DNA of 32,913 nt from Candidatus Fermentibacterota bacterium (GTDB taxonomy: Bacteria > JAFGKV01), in NCBI GenBank assembly GCA_016928395.1, contig JAFGKV010000319.1, positions 1 to 32,913 on the forward strand, given 5' to 3'. Below, piece after piece: positions 1-8,800 of the stretch. Under the pieces are notes generated by a model, which saw nothing but the letters and a program-made list of their open reading frames with translations, had not been told where the DNA came from and made no database searches. A program made the translations under genes and the position numbers. How positions within the stretch are numbered: position 1 is the first letter of the stretch; each line of letters begins with the position of its first letter.

Positions 1-23
1 ACTCGTACTCGGAGCTGCGGCTC

Positions 24-53
24 CGATAGCGATAGCGATTGCGATTGCGATTG
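24..53. repeat. Hexamer tandem repeat (CGATAG)2(CGATTG)3
   Basis: Read directly. Related hexamers (TCGCTA/TCGTAC/TCGCAA) recur at 27679-27720. Confidence 0.85.
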
Positions 54-90
54 CGCCCTTGGGTGAGAAGTGAGGAGAAAGGAGTGGCCC

Positions 91-191
91 GACAGCCGAT
101 AGCCAACTGCCGGCTGTACTCTCAACCCTGAGAATTCTGAGGGAGCCCGGCGTCCTCAGAGGCCGCACTGAACCCTGAACCCTCGAACCTG
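91..191 (+). repeat. Dispersed ~101-nt repeat, copy 1 (inverted copy at 27481-27581)
   Basis: Hand ungapped alignment to the reverse complement of 27481-27581 gives about 80/101 identities. The first 15 nt (GACAGCCGATAGCCA) match exactly. Confidence 0.85.
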
Positions 192-234
192 CTCGCAAAG
201 CGAGCTGAACCCTCGAACCTGCTCGCAAAGCGAG
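175..234. repeat. Exact 30-bp tandem duplication, each unit carrying a GCTCGC-AAA-GCGAGC hairpin
   Basis: CTGAACCCTCGAACCTGCTCGCAAAGCGAG at 175-204 and 205-234, just past the stop codon of the minus-strand gene ending at 240. Confidence 0.9.
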
Positions 235-239
235 CCCCG

Positions 240-1508
240 CTACCAGGGCAGCGGGGGGATACGGTAGCAGACCGCCTCGGACGAGGGCGAGCCACCTTCC
301 TTGTCTGCACCGCCGAACATGCCAATCCAGGATGATCGACGGCCCCGCGACAGTACCATGATATCATCGCCGAGATAGAACAGCTCGTCGTCCGTGGGAT
401 CACCCTCACAGGCGATGGCAGCCTCGGCCACGTAGTTGCCCTTGGGATCAAAGACATCCAGCGTGTACATGACACCGTCAGGCTGCGCCTCGGCCGAGTT
501 GGCGTGTCGTACGTAGAGCATACCGCGATCGTCAACCCAGAGGTCGAGGATGCAGGGAGGATAATCTTCTACCGTCGCTTCGGGCCGGACACGTTCACCG
601 TTGATGAGCATGACGACCCCCTCGACCACTTGATCCTTTTCCTCGTGTGTTCGCTTCCGCGGGCTGAACTCCCGCTCGATGATGCGAACCAGCTTCCCGT
701 CTGGGTCGAAGACACAAACCTCATACTTGTCCCGCGCCGCCGCTGCGTACACCGTTCCGTCCGGCCCTACGGCCCATCCTCCCCTACTGGGGAAGTACGA
801 AGCCTTTTCGTTGAACGAAGGCCTTCCCAGCGGGTTCTCAGTCGTATGTTCCAGGTACCGCGCGATCTCCTTGCCCTCCGGCGTGAACCTGCCGAGGTAC
901 TCGGTACGACGCGCCGTTCCTCCGTCACTGATCTCGAGAAGCCCCGCGCACCCCACCAAAACGCCGCCACGATTTCTGAGGCTGCGAAGGCTGTGCATGC
1001 CTCCGCTGGTTCGTTCGCCGCCAAACGCGATAGTGCGGCCAGGCACATTGTCCCGGTCGAAACACACCACCGAACCCGTCATGAAGTGTACGGCACCCAG
1101 GGTGCTGTCGGGCATGAACAGCAGGCCATCGGCCCGGCGGATCTCACCCGGCCCCTCTCCCTCGCGGCTCAATGTCTTCAGGTACTCTCCTTCGGGGCTG
1201 AACGCCTGCACCTGAGAAAGCTGGGCATCGAGGAGAAAGATGTTCCCCTGAGCATCCCGGGTTGCCGAGACGATGCAGCCAAAGACCATGTCCTCGTCGT
1301 CCCCAGCCCGCCATAGCTCTTCAAGGCGCAGTGTGTGAGTTCCCTTGACCGGTTCGGGGCCGTTCTTGACGTGGGCAGCCCCCTCAGACACGGCATTATC
1401 GGCAGCAAGGACGGGGGCAGGAGCCATGATGAAGCCAAGCGCGCAGAAGACAGACAGAGAGGCGACGGCCCGGCCTCGTGGTCGAAGCCCCATGAAACAG
1501 AGTGTCAT
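240..1508 (-). CDS. Secreted 6-bladed beta-propeller (NHL-like) protein
   Basis: Signal peptide (..APAPVLA|AD). Propeller repeats: DAQGNIFLLD..VQAFSPEGEYLKTLSREGEGPGE, VCVFDPDGKLVR, LDVFDPKGNYV. Start moved to ATG 1508 because AAGGAG lies about 8 nt upstream; the ORF track uses GTG 1517. Confidence 0.75.
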   Translation of the reverse strand: MTLCFMGLRPRGRAVASLSVFCALGFIMAPAPVLAADNAVSEGAAHVKNGPEPVKGTHTLRLEELWRAGDDEDMVFGCIVSATRDAQGNIFLLDAQLSQVQAFSPEGEYLKTLSREGEGPGEIRRADGLLFMPDSTLGAVHFMTGSVVCFDRDNVPGRTIAFGGERTSGGMHSLRSLRNRGGVLVGCAGLLEISDGGTARRTEYLGRFTPEGKEIARYLEHTTENPLGRPSFNEKASYFPSRGGWAVGPDGTVYAAAARDKYEVCVFDPDGKLVRIIEREFSPRKRTHEEKDQVVEGVVMLINGERVRPEATVEDYPPCILDLWVDDRGMLYVRHANSAEAQPDGVMYTLDVFDPKGNYVAEAAIACEGDPTDDELFYLGDDIMVLSRGRRSSWIGMFGGADKEGGSPSSEAVCYRIPPLPW

Positions 1509-1745
1509 GAGTTTCACTCCTTGTTCTAAAGCACATCTGCAGGGTAGCCGCGCGCAATGCGGAGGATACGACCTTCGCCGACGCCGGCAACGCGGTCAGT
1601 ATGTGAAACGGCAATCCCGGCACGACGTTACGCCGTGGCCATCCTCATCACCCCATTACCCTGCCGGCCCGAGGAATCGCCCTTCTCCAAAGCCGACTAC
1701 CGCCGAGTTCAGGGGACGAGGAGCCCCGCGCCGGCCGCCCGTCAG

Positions 1746-4700
1746 CTATTTCGCCAGACGCAGCCTGGGGGGAAGTTCAACGGTAACGGGTTGTGGCATC
1801 GTCTTGAGGTAGGCGATCATGGCGTCGACATCCACGATACCTGTGTCATACTTTCGAGACGCATCGCGCAAGACCGTGAATCCGTCGCCGCCGCTGGCCA
1901 TGAAGTTGTTCACCACCACGGTGTAGTCAGCCTCCGGGTTGATGGGAGTGCCATCCTCCAGGTGGGCTCGCACGACCCGCTGGCCGAAGGATCGCGCGAG
2001 GGTGATCCATGCCTCGATGCCGGCGAGCTGCAGGCGTGTCCCGTCGGGGTGAATGCCCTGCTCCAAGGTGGTGAGCAGTTCCTTCCCGGTGAGAGTCGTC
2101 TTGACCAGCGTATTCCCGAAAGGCTGCACGGTGAACAAGGCCTGCCAGGTCACGGGCCCGGCATCGACATCGCTGCGCACGCCTCCGGTGTTCATGATGG
2201 CGATCTGGGTACCTGTCATCCACCGCTGGGACTCGGCGATAAGGCGGCCCATGGCTGACTCCCCGGCTTCATTGCGCTCCCTGGAGATCGGATGCGCCAG
2301 TTGGGTCACCACCACTTCGGTTCTGGGCGCCAGCTCAAGTCGATAGGTTTCCACAGCCTCGGCACACTCGGGATCACGCAGCCCGGGGAGGTCGAGACGC
2401 TCCACCGAAGGGACGACCCACGGCTCGTCCGGCCCCAACCGGTCAAGCCATGCCCGGGCCACACAGCAGGCGCGACCGTGGCTGCCACCCTGCAAATGGG
2501 GAAGCCCGTGTATCCGCCGGGCATAGGTCTGGTGGGTATGACCGTTGAAAAGCACATGGGCCTTGCCCGCCGCGGCGTCGGTGAGCACTGCCGCGCCGCC
2601 GACTAGCTCATGCTCGATCTCCTCGAGACCCAGATGCGCCAACACCACGATGAGGTCGGGATCCGTGGCGTGCACAGCCGGCAGGAGGCGGTCGAACACC
2701 ATTGCCGGATCCTCGAAGTGAAGCCCCGCCACATGATCCGGCAACGTTGCCCACGGAGTCTCGGGTGTGCCGAACCCCATGATCGCGACGCGGGCACCAC
2801 CCCGCTCCACGACCGTGAAGGGCTGCAGCCACTCGGGTGGGGATTCGGTGCCCTCAACCAGCACATTGGCGCCCAGAAAGGGAAATCCCGCCTCCGCGAT
2901 CCGATCCTGGAGAACGCTCTGGCCCCAATCGAATTCGTGATTGCCCACCGCCAGGGCATCGTAGCCAAGCCGGCGATACAGGCGAATCGTAGAGGACCCA
3001 AAGAACAGGTTGGAGATCGGAGTGCCCTGCATTGCGTCGCCGGCATCCAGGAGAATCACCCCTTCGGGGTTTGCCTTGCGTGCTCTGGCAACCCATGCCG
3101 CCATGCCCTCCATGCCGGCGTGCCCCCGCGTGGGGTTTCGCTCAAGATGACCATGAAAGTCATTGCTGGATACGACAGTCAGGGCACGGTACCGGGCGTT
3201 CAGACAGAACGCGACGAGATCCGCAGTGGAAACCGCAGCATCCGGGAGAAGACTGTCGCCCGGGAGCCCCGCAACGAGCCCGCTGGAGACCACTGAATCC
3301 CACAGTGAGGCTTCGGTACGCGGGGCAATGTCGGCAAAACGATCAGAGGCGGAGCCGAAGGTACACAAGGGAACCGGTAGCTCCCGAACCAAAGGCACAA
3401 GCAAATCCCCTCGGGTGATGGGGTGCGTGCTCAGCAGTGTGGCCAGGGAAGGAGGAACGTCGCCGCCCCACGCGGCGCCCACCAATGCCAGGGCAGCCTC
3501 GGGCGAGGGGTAGCCGAGCCAGTCTATCCCGGCAAGACCTTTGTGGCCCGACCGGGCCAAGAACATGTCCAAAGCGGAATGGGCCCAATGCCCCCGATAC
3601 GACGGCAGGCTCCACCATGTCTCCTGCCGCGAAGGGCTCGATGCTTCGGCAGCGAATCGATCGGCCAGAAGATCTCGAAGATACCTGTCGGTTCGTCGGA
3701 TCTCTGGCGCAGTCAAAAGGTCTGCGTATCCCCCGGGGCCGGTTCGATGATAGCTGGTAACCACCACGTCCAGCGAGTCGGGCAGCGGCCTGCCTTGGCG
3801 GCGAACCCAGCGCAGACGGCTTCCTGCCGGCTCCGTGTAGTCGAGCGCATAGGAAAGGCCGGTTCCGGCGAGGAACAGGTCATACCGCTTACCCTCTGCG
3901 ACCGCTACTCTGGTCGACCCGTCGAAGGGATAGGGCGCCCATGTTGCCGCCGCTTCCTCCAAGCATGCGCGGATGTCTCCAGCCGAGAGCCGCACGGTCA
4001 CCAGCCTGTTCAGATACGGCTGCAGGCGGTAGAGATCACGACGATACACCGGGCCCGCAGGCAGAACCAGACGTTGCGACGCAAGAGGGACAAACGCTGC
4101 GTGGCCCCTGCCTTGTGCGATCATGACCTCGCCTATGAGGCGTGTGATCTCGTCTAGACGGTGGGTCCCATGACCGGCCGTTAGGGCCGTATCGAGGGTC
4201 CCCACGGGCTCGTCGAGCCACTGCCGGACGGGCTCCTCAGCCTGCCGGCACAGGAGGAGCAACGACGAATCGGGTTGGGCTGTAGCCAGCACGGAACCCT
4301 CCCGACCCGTGACTGCATACCCCGAGCCCTTGCGTGCCAACGTAAACGTGGCGACCGCCACGGCCGATCCCCGCACACCGGGCTGGAGCACAAGCGTCGA
4401 TCCCACCGTCTCGTGTACGGTGGTGTGGGTATGCCCCAGGAACAGCACATCGATGCCGGCGACTCTTTCGGCGATGGCCCTGCCCGCGTTCTCGGCGCCC
4501 GGAGTAGACCCATCGCCAAGCCCGGTGTGGGCCAGCACGCACACCAGGTCGGGCTTCTCCTGCTTCCGCAGCACGGGGAGCAGCCGGCGCAACGTTTCCA
4601 CCGGATCCTCAAACCGCACATCCTCAAGCCAAGGGCCTTCCGCCAGCGCGGTCCACGGCGTGGTGACACCGACAACCAAGACCCGGGCCGGCCCGACTTG

Positions 4701-5141
4701 GAGCACGGTATGGGAGCGCCACACAGGGGATGGAGCCGTGACATTGGCGGCCAGCATGGGGAAGGAGACCTGGCCCGCCACCCGCTTCAGAAGGGTCATT
4801 CCATAGGTGAACTCATGATTGCCCAGGGCCATGGCCTCGTATCCGAGACGGTTCATCATCTTGGCCAAAGGATGGGGCGAGACCGTGTCGACGGTGGCAT
4901 AGTAGTCGGCCTCCGGGCAGCCTTCGAACGCGTCGCCGACATCAAGAAGGGCGCTTGCCGGCATGTGTGCCCGCAGTTCGCCCACGACCGTAGCGATCGC
5001 GGCCAGTCCCGCACCTGATGAGTCAGGACAGAGGCGGCAGTGCACGTCGCTGGTTGCCATGAGGACGATTTCGGTGGAAGAAGGCTCCGATGCCACCGGC
5101 GCCACCAAAAAGAGCAGGACCAATGCGATACGGTACGACAC
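1746..5141 (-). CDS. Secreted bifunctional 2',3'-cyclic-nucleotide 2'-phosphodiesterase / 5'-nucleotidase with two metallophosphoesterase + 5'-nucleotidase-C modules and an SLH-like linker (YfkN-like architecture)
   Basis: Two full calcineurin-like motif sets: TSDVH/GDAFEG/GNHEFTYG/GHTH and NDFHG/GDAMQG/GNHEFDWG/GHTH. C-domain motifs NTGGVR, QPFGN, NNFMASGGDGF. GTG start at 5141 has GGAGG upstream and is followed by a signal peptide. Confidence 0.9.
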   Translation of the reverse strand: MSYRIALVLLFLVAPVASEPSSTEIVLMATSDVHCRLCPDSSGAGLAAIATVVGELRAHMPASALLDVGDAFEGCPEADYYATVDTVSPHPLAKMMNRLGYEAMALGNHEFTYGMTLLKRVAGQVSFPMLAANVTAPSPVWRSHTVLQVGPARVLVVGVTTPWTALAEGPWLEDVRFEDPVETLRRLLPVLRKQEKPDLVCVLAHTGLGDGSTPGAENAGRAIAERVAGIDVLFLGHTHTTVHETVGSTLVLQPGVRGSAVAVATFTLARKGSGYAVTGREGSVLATAQPDSSLLLLCRQAEEPVRQWLDEPVGTLDTALTAGHGTHRLDEITRLIGEVMIAQGRGHAAFVPLASQRLVLPAGPVYRRDLYRLQPYLNRLVTVRLSAGDIRACLEEAAATWAPYPFDGSTRVAVAEGKRYDLFLAGTGLSYALDYTEPAGSRLRWVRRQGRPLPDSLDVVVTSYHRTGPGGYADLLTAPEIRRTDRYLRDLLADRFAAEASSPSRQETWWSLPSYRGHWAHSALDMFLARSGHKGLAGIDWLGYPSPEAALALVGAAWGGDVPPSLATLLSTHPITRGDLLVPLVRELPVPLCTFGSASDRFADIAPRTEASLWDSVVSSGLVAGLPGDSLLPDAAVSTADLVAFCLNARYRALTVVSSNDFHGHLERNPTRGHAGMEGMAAWVARARKANPEGVILLDAGDAMQGTPISNLFFGSSTIRLYRRLGYDALAVGNHEFDWGQSVLQDRIAEAGFPFLGANVLVEGTESPPEWLQPFTVVERGGARVAIMGFGTPETPWATLPDHVAGLHFEDPAMVFDRLLPAVHATDPDLIVVLAHLGLEEIEHELVGGAAVLTDAAAGKAHVLFNGHTHQTYARRIHGLPHLQGGSHGRACCVARAWLDRLGPDEPWVVPSVERLDLPGLRDPECAEAVETYRLELAPRTEVVVTQLAHPISRERNEAGESAMGRLIAESQRWMTGTQIAIMNTGGVRSDVDAGPVTWQALFTVQPFGNTLVKTTLTGKELLTTLEQGIHPDGTRLQLAGIEAWITLARSFGQRVVRAHLEDGTPINPEADYTVVVNNFMASGGDGFTVLRDASRKYDTGIVDVDAMIAYLKTMPQPVTVELPPRLRLAK

Positions 5142-5724
5142 CAGCGACCTCCAAGGCTGCGAGGAAAGGGCCCCTGATAGGCAGTCGTAACTGCGAAGAC
5201 AGCAGGGCTCAGGGTTCTTGGTGAGGAAATAAGACCCTCGAGAGGGATCTGTGCAACTCGTAACCACGCCGGCATCACGCCGTCGGGTCTCGGGAATACA
5301 TCGAAGGACCAAGGTCAAAGCTTCAGGAGGCTCTTCCGGAACTCCTGTGGGGCACCCCGAGGAGACCTGGGCTGCGTCTCACCGGACGGCTTGGGAGCCT
5401 CTTCGGACGCGGCGAGGTCATCTCTCAGCCGATGTCATGCTCCCTGGAGGCACGCGATTCCTCGCGTCCACGGGTGAACCGACGAAGCGGACCCGACGAA
5501 GCGGGTCCCTCCACCTCGGCGTTCCCGTACGCGTACTCGTTCGCGGCATTGGCGTTGATCGCCTGAGGGTCGGTGAGACGAGAATAACGTTGCGGGGGCA
5601 TGGGAGGAAAGCCAATATCGTGCAGTCGCACGTTCGCCTCCACGAGTCCCGGGGCGAGCCGGCTGGGATCGAGACTGCGCCGTCTCTCGCGCCGTTTTGC
5701 GGTCCGTTCTCAAACCACCCGAGT

Positions 5725-7200
5725 ATGCCGATGTCACAGCAGGTTGCGGTAGGCCCCAAGATGGCGCGGCGGGCGCTGGTCATGTTCATCGGGAAGACCG
5801 CAGCCATCGTGCTGTCGCTTGTCGCCGCGGCCCTCATTCCACGGCAGCTCGGCCCGCGCGGAATGGGGTTCTACAGCTATTTCTATTCGTCGGTGTTCAC
5901 CATCGTCTGCATACTCGATGTCGGCGGCTCCATGTTGCTCCGGCGCTACGTGCCGGAGTTCTTGACGCATCGCAGAGCCGAGGTGCGCCCCCTATTCCTG
6001 GCATCACTGCGGGCCAAACTGCTGGTGTTGATGGTCTTCGCGGTCGTGACTCCCCTGGTGTCAGACCCCGGCATGTTTGGGCTCGTGCTAATCGCTGCGG
6101 CCTGCTCTTCTATGGTGGAATCGGTGCAGACGCTGCTGTACGCGGGAGGAGCGCTGGGGAGCTACGCCGCGGTGAGTGCGGTAGTAACGGCGTTGCGGAT
6201 TCTGCTGGTCCTCCTCCTGGCACCCCGTTTCCAACGAATTGGCATTTCGTTGGCGCTGGTCATGTCGGCGGCGATCACCATCGCCGTGTTCATCATGCCG
6301 GCGGTGCGTGTGCTGCCGCCGTCTCGTGAGCGTCTCTCCCAGAGCTACTGGCGATTCCTCAGATTCGGTCTCGTCTCCTACGGCGCCGATCTGGCGTTCG
6401 TCTTGAGCAACCGTGTCGCCCTCATCCTCGGGAGGCACATGATGGACGACATGGCCGAACTTGGGTACTTGGGGGTGGCGTTCATGGTGTATCTGCTTGC
6501 CCGCCAGCTCGCCTTCTTCATCGGCGAGACATCGATCCCCTCTTTGGTGCACTATCATGCCTCGGGCGAGCGAACGCAGTTTGCCCGTACTATGCACCAC
6601 GTATGGCGCTATACCACAATCGTTGTCTTCGCGGCGGCAGCGCTCATCATCTGCTATGCGGAAGCGCTCGTTCTCGCCATCGTTGGCCCGGTCTTCGCCA
6701 AGACCGCGGTGCTGATAAGGCTGCTGGTGCCCGCCTTCGCAGCGATGACCCTCACACTCTGCGTGAGAATTGCCCTCTTCGCCCAGGAGAAGTCGTTCCG
6801 GCTACTGGTGGCGCACGGGGGAGCTCTGATTGCCTTCGTGGTCATGGTTGGCGGGTGGTGGCTCGTGCGGCCTCCGATGACCAGTGAGGCGATCGCCCTG
6901 GCATTCAGCCTCAGTTCCGTCGTCGGCTTCGCCCTCATGGCCTTCCACTCGGGCACAGGGGTCTCCGGCACGACACTTCTGGTCTCCGTGGTCAAACCGA
7001 TCATCGCTGCGATCCTGGTCTGCCAGAGTATCCGGGTCATAGGCCCCCAGGGGCCGTGGCTTGTCGCCTCCGTGCCGCTCGCTTTGGTGGGGTACCTGCT
7101 AGTCTTGCTCGTGATACGCGGATTGGAACGGCGCGATTGGCACCGGGTGATGGGGCTCATGGGTAGGAGTACTGGCAAGGATGAAAACTGGGCGAGCTAG
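5725..7200 (+). CDS. Wzx/RfbX-like oligosaccharide flippase (MOP superfamily)
   Basis: Polytopic membrane protein with ~12-14 hydrophobic segments. N-terminal 'RQLGPRGMGFYSY..DVGGSMLLRRYVPE' and mid 'ELGYLGVA' are typical of Wzx. The ORF-track extension from 5251 does not look coding; start could be 5725, 5731 or 5761. Confidence 0.8.
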   Translation: MPMSQQVAVGPKMARRALVMFIGKTAAIVLSLVAAALIPRQLGPRGMGFYSYFYSSVFTIVCILDVGGSMLLRRYVPEFLTHRRAEVRPLFLASLRAKLLVLMVFAVVTPLVSDPGMFGLVLIAAACSSMVESVQTLLYAGGALGSYAAVSAVVTALRILLVLLLAPRFQRIGISLALVMSAAITIAVFIMPAVRVLPPSRERLSQSYWRFLRFGLVSYGADLAFVLSNRVALILGRHMMDDMAELGYLGVAFMVYLLARQLAFFIGETSIPSLVHYHASGERTQFARTMHHVWRYTTIVVFAAAALIICYAEALVLAIVGPVFAKTAVLIRLLVPAFAAMTLTLCVRIALFAQEKSFRLLVAHGGALIAFVVMVGGWWLVRPPMTSEAIALAFSLSSVVGFALMAFHSGTGVSGTTLLVSVVKPIIAAILVCQSIRVIGPQGPWLVASVPLALVGYLLVLLVIRGLERRDWHRVMGLMGRSTGKDENWAS

Positions 7201-8800
7201 TGTGTGGATCCCTTGGGCCATGGCCCTGACGCTACGGGTGGCCGTGGCGCTGACGGTGCGAACGCCGACGGTGCTCGGCGACGAGGTCGAGTATTTCCTG
7301 GCCGCCCGTCAACCCCCCGGACACGCGGGACTGCTCTCCATCGCCTATCCGCCGCTGTATCCTGCCATCCTGGCAGCAGTTGCCGGAATTGGCAGCAGCC
7401 AGACCGGCTATCTCCTGTGCCGCCTTCTGAGCGCGGTGGTCTCCTCCGCCATCGTCCCGCTCTCACAACCCCTGTGGGGTCCGGCAGGGTTGCTTGGCGG
7501 GTGCCTCGTGGCCCTGCTCCCGGCGGGCATGATCACCAGCGGCCTTCTCTTGAGCGAGAATCTGTTCGCACCGCTGCTCGCTGTGTGGCTGCTGGGCGCC
7601 ATGCGATGGAACGGGAAGCCGTCCCATGCCTCCGGGCTGGTGATGGGGCTCTCGGCGTCTGCCGCGGCGCTGACGCGAGCCGCGGGCGGCGCGGTGATGC
7701 TGGCCACGCTGGTGATGGTGATGCTCCGGAGAAACTCGATCGGTCGTGCGGCGACCATCATGCTGGCGTTAGCACCGGTCGCCTTCTACCTGGCCTTGCG
7801 CCAGGAGAATCCTCCGCAGCCATTCAATGACCCCTTGGCGGTGGTGCATCCCCACGAAATCACCAGAGCTTTGTCGCCGGACTTGGGTGATCTCACCCAA
7901 GGGACCCTGCTGGAGCCGGTGGCGGCACGTCTGCCCTGGCCATACCTGTTCACGATCGTGTGGGGGGGATTGTGGTGCCTGCAGTACACCCTGTACCTTG
8001 CCCTCGGAACGGGGGGGCTCGCTCTGGTCTTTCTGGATGGGCGAATTCGCCGCGAGTCACCCGGCCGGCACGCGATATTGCCCCTCTTGGTTTTGAGCGC
8101 AGCATGTATCGTGATTTCCGCCAATCACAACTTGGCGGGGGAGCAAGCGAATCAGTTTGTCCGGGGGCGATACATCGAGCCGTTGCTGCCGCTCTGGTTT
8201 GCCGCGGCCTTGGGCGCCTTGGCGACCAGAAGCGGCATTCAAATCACGGCCTGGGCGCTCCCCGCCTGTTGTCTTGCGGGCATTGCTTCCCTCACTGCAT
8301 CTCAGAACCGAGCCGCGGATTTCCTCTATCCGCTTCGCTCGACACTGCTATCCGCACAACCGCTGGCGCGCATAGGCATGAACGTCATCGCCGGCATCGT
8401 GCTGTTCCTGGTGGCCAGGCTCATGCTCGGCCGCGCGTCGAAGCGCAGGCTCCTCATCACGGCATTCGTAGGCATCTCGCTCCTGGCGTCGGTTCTCAGG
8501 TTTCATCGCCAACACAGCGTAGCTGACGGCCTGGCTGCCCCGGCCCGCTGGCTTGCGGCCCATGATCCCCAGGCGCCAATCGAGATCGTGACTGATGGAC
8601 AGCCATCTGATTCCCTGAAGGCCTCCGGGCTTTGGTGGGCCGTACAACACATCCGGTTCTTCAGCGCAAACCCTCTGACGGTGTCACCGGAGACCGGCGC
8701 GGGCTATTCACTCCTCATGGGAAAGCAGGGGGTGGTGTGTACCGGCGGCGAGTCTACCCATCCGTCGATCTGTCTCGCGCCCCGGGAATGGCTGCCATGA
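7181..8800 (+). CDS. GT-C fold integral-membrane glycosyltransferase (PMT/ArnT-like)
   Basis: DE motif after TM1 (LGDEVEY), YPPLYP, LLSENLFAPL, GRYIEPLLPL, many TM helices. Overlaps the flippase stop codon. Confidence 0.7.
   Translation: MKTGRASVWIPWAMALTLRVAVALTVRTPTVLGDEVEYFLAARQPPGHAGLLSIAYPPLYPAILAAVAGIGSSQTGYLLCRLLSAVVSSAIVPLSQPLWGPAGLLGGCLVALLPAGMITSGLLLSENLFAPLLAVWLLGAMRWNGKPSHASGLVMGLSASAAALTRAAGGAVMLATLVMVMLRRNSIGRAATIMLALAPVAFYLALRQENPPQPFNDPLAVVHPHEITRALSPDLGDLTQGTLLEPVAARLPWPYLFTIVWGGLWCLQYTLYLALGTGGLALVFLDGRIRRESPGRHAILPLLVLSAACIVISANHNLAGEQANQFVRGRYIEPLLPLWFAAALGALATRSGIQITAWALPACCLAGIASLTASQNRAADFLYPLRSTLLSAQPLARIGMNVIAGIVLFLVARLMLGRASKRRLLITAFVGISLLASVLRFHRQHSVADGLAAPARWLAAHDPQAPIEIVTDGQPSDSLKASGLWWAVQHIRFFSANPLTVSPETGAGYSLLMGKQGVVCTGGESTHPSICLAPREWLP

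Noticed and set aside
175-234. Mini CRISPR array
   Set aside because: The two 30-bp units are directly adjacent with no spacer, and there are no cas genes.
5172-5214. Hammerhead-ribozyme-like core CTGATAG-[stem]-GAAG
   Set aside because: The core deviates from the required CUGANGA and GAAA, and no stem III/UH cleavage site could be built.
5425-5660. tmRNA-like tag reading frame (..INANAANEYAYG..) on the minus strand
   Set aside because: No stop codon after an Ala-Ala-like terminus, and no tRNA-like ends (5' GGGG..TTCGA, T-arm + CCA) in either the standard or the permuted arrangement.
5251-5724. Long N-terminal extensions in the ORF track (flippase from 5251, nucleotidase from 5318, GT4 from 8632, thioredoxin from 10868, ilvE from 13682)
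   Set aside because: The extensions are Arg/Pro/Ser-rich with no family motifs. Better starts with RBS or stop-start coupling lie downstream for all but the flippase, whose exact start is uncertain.
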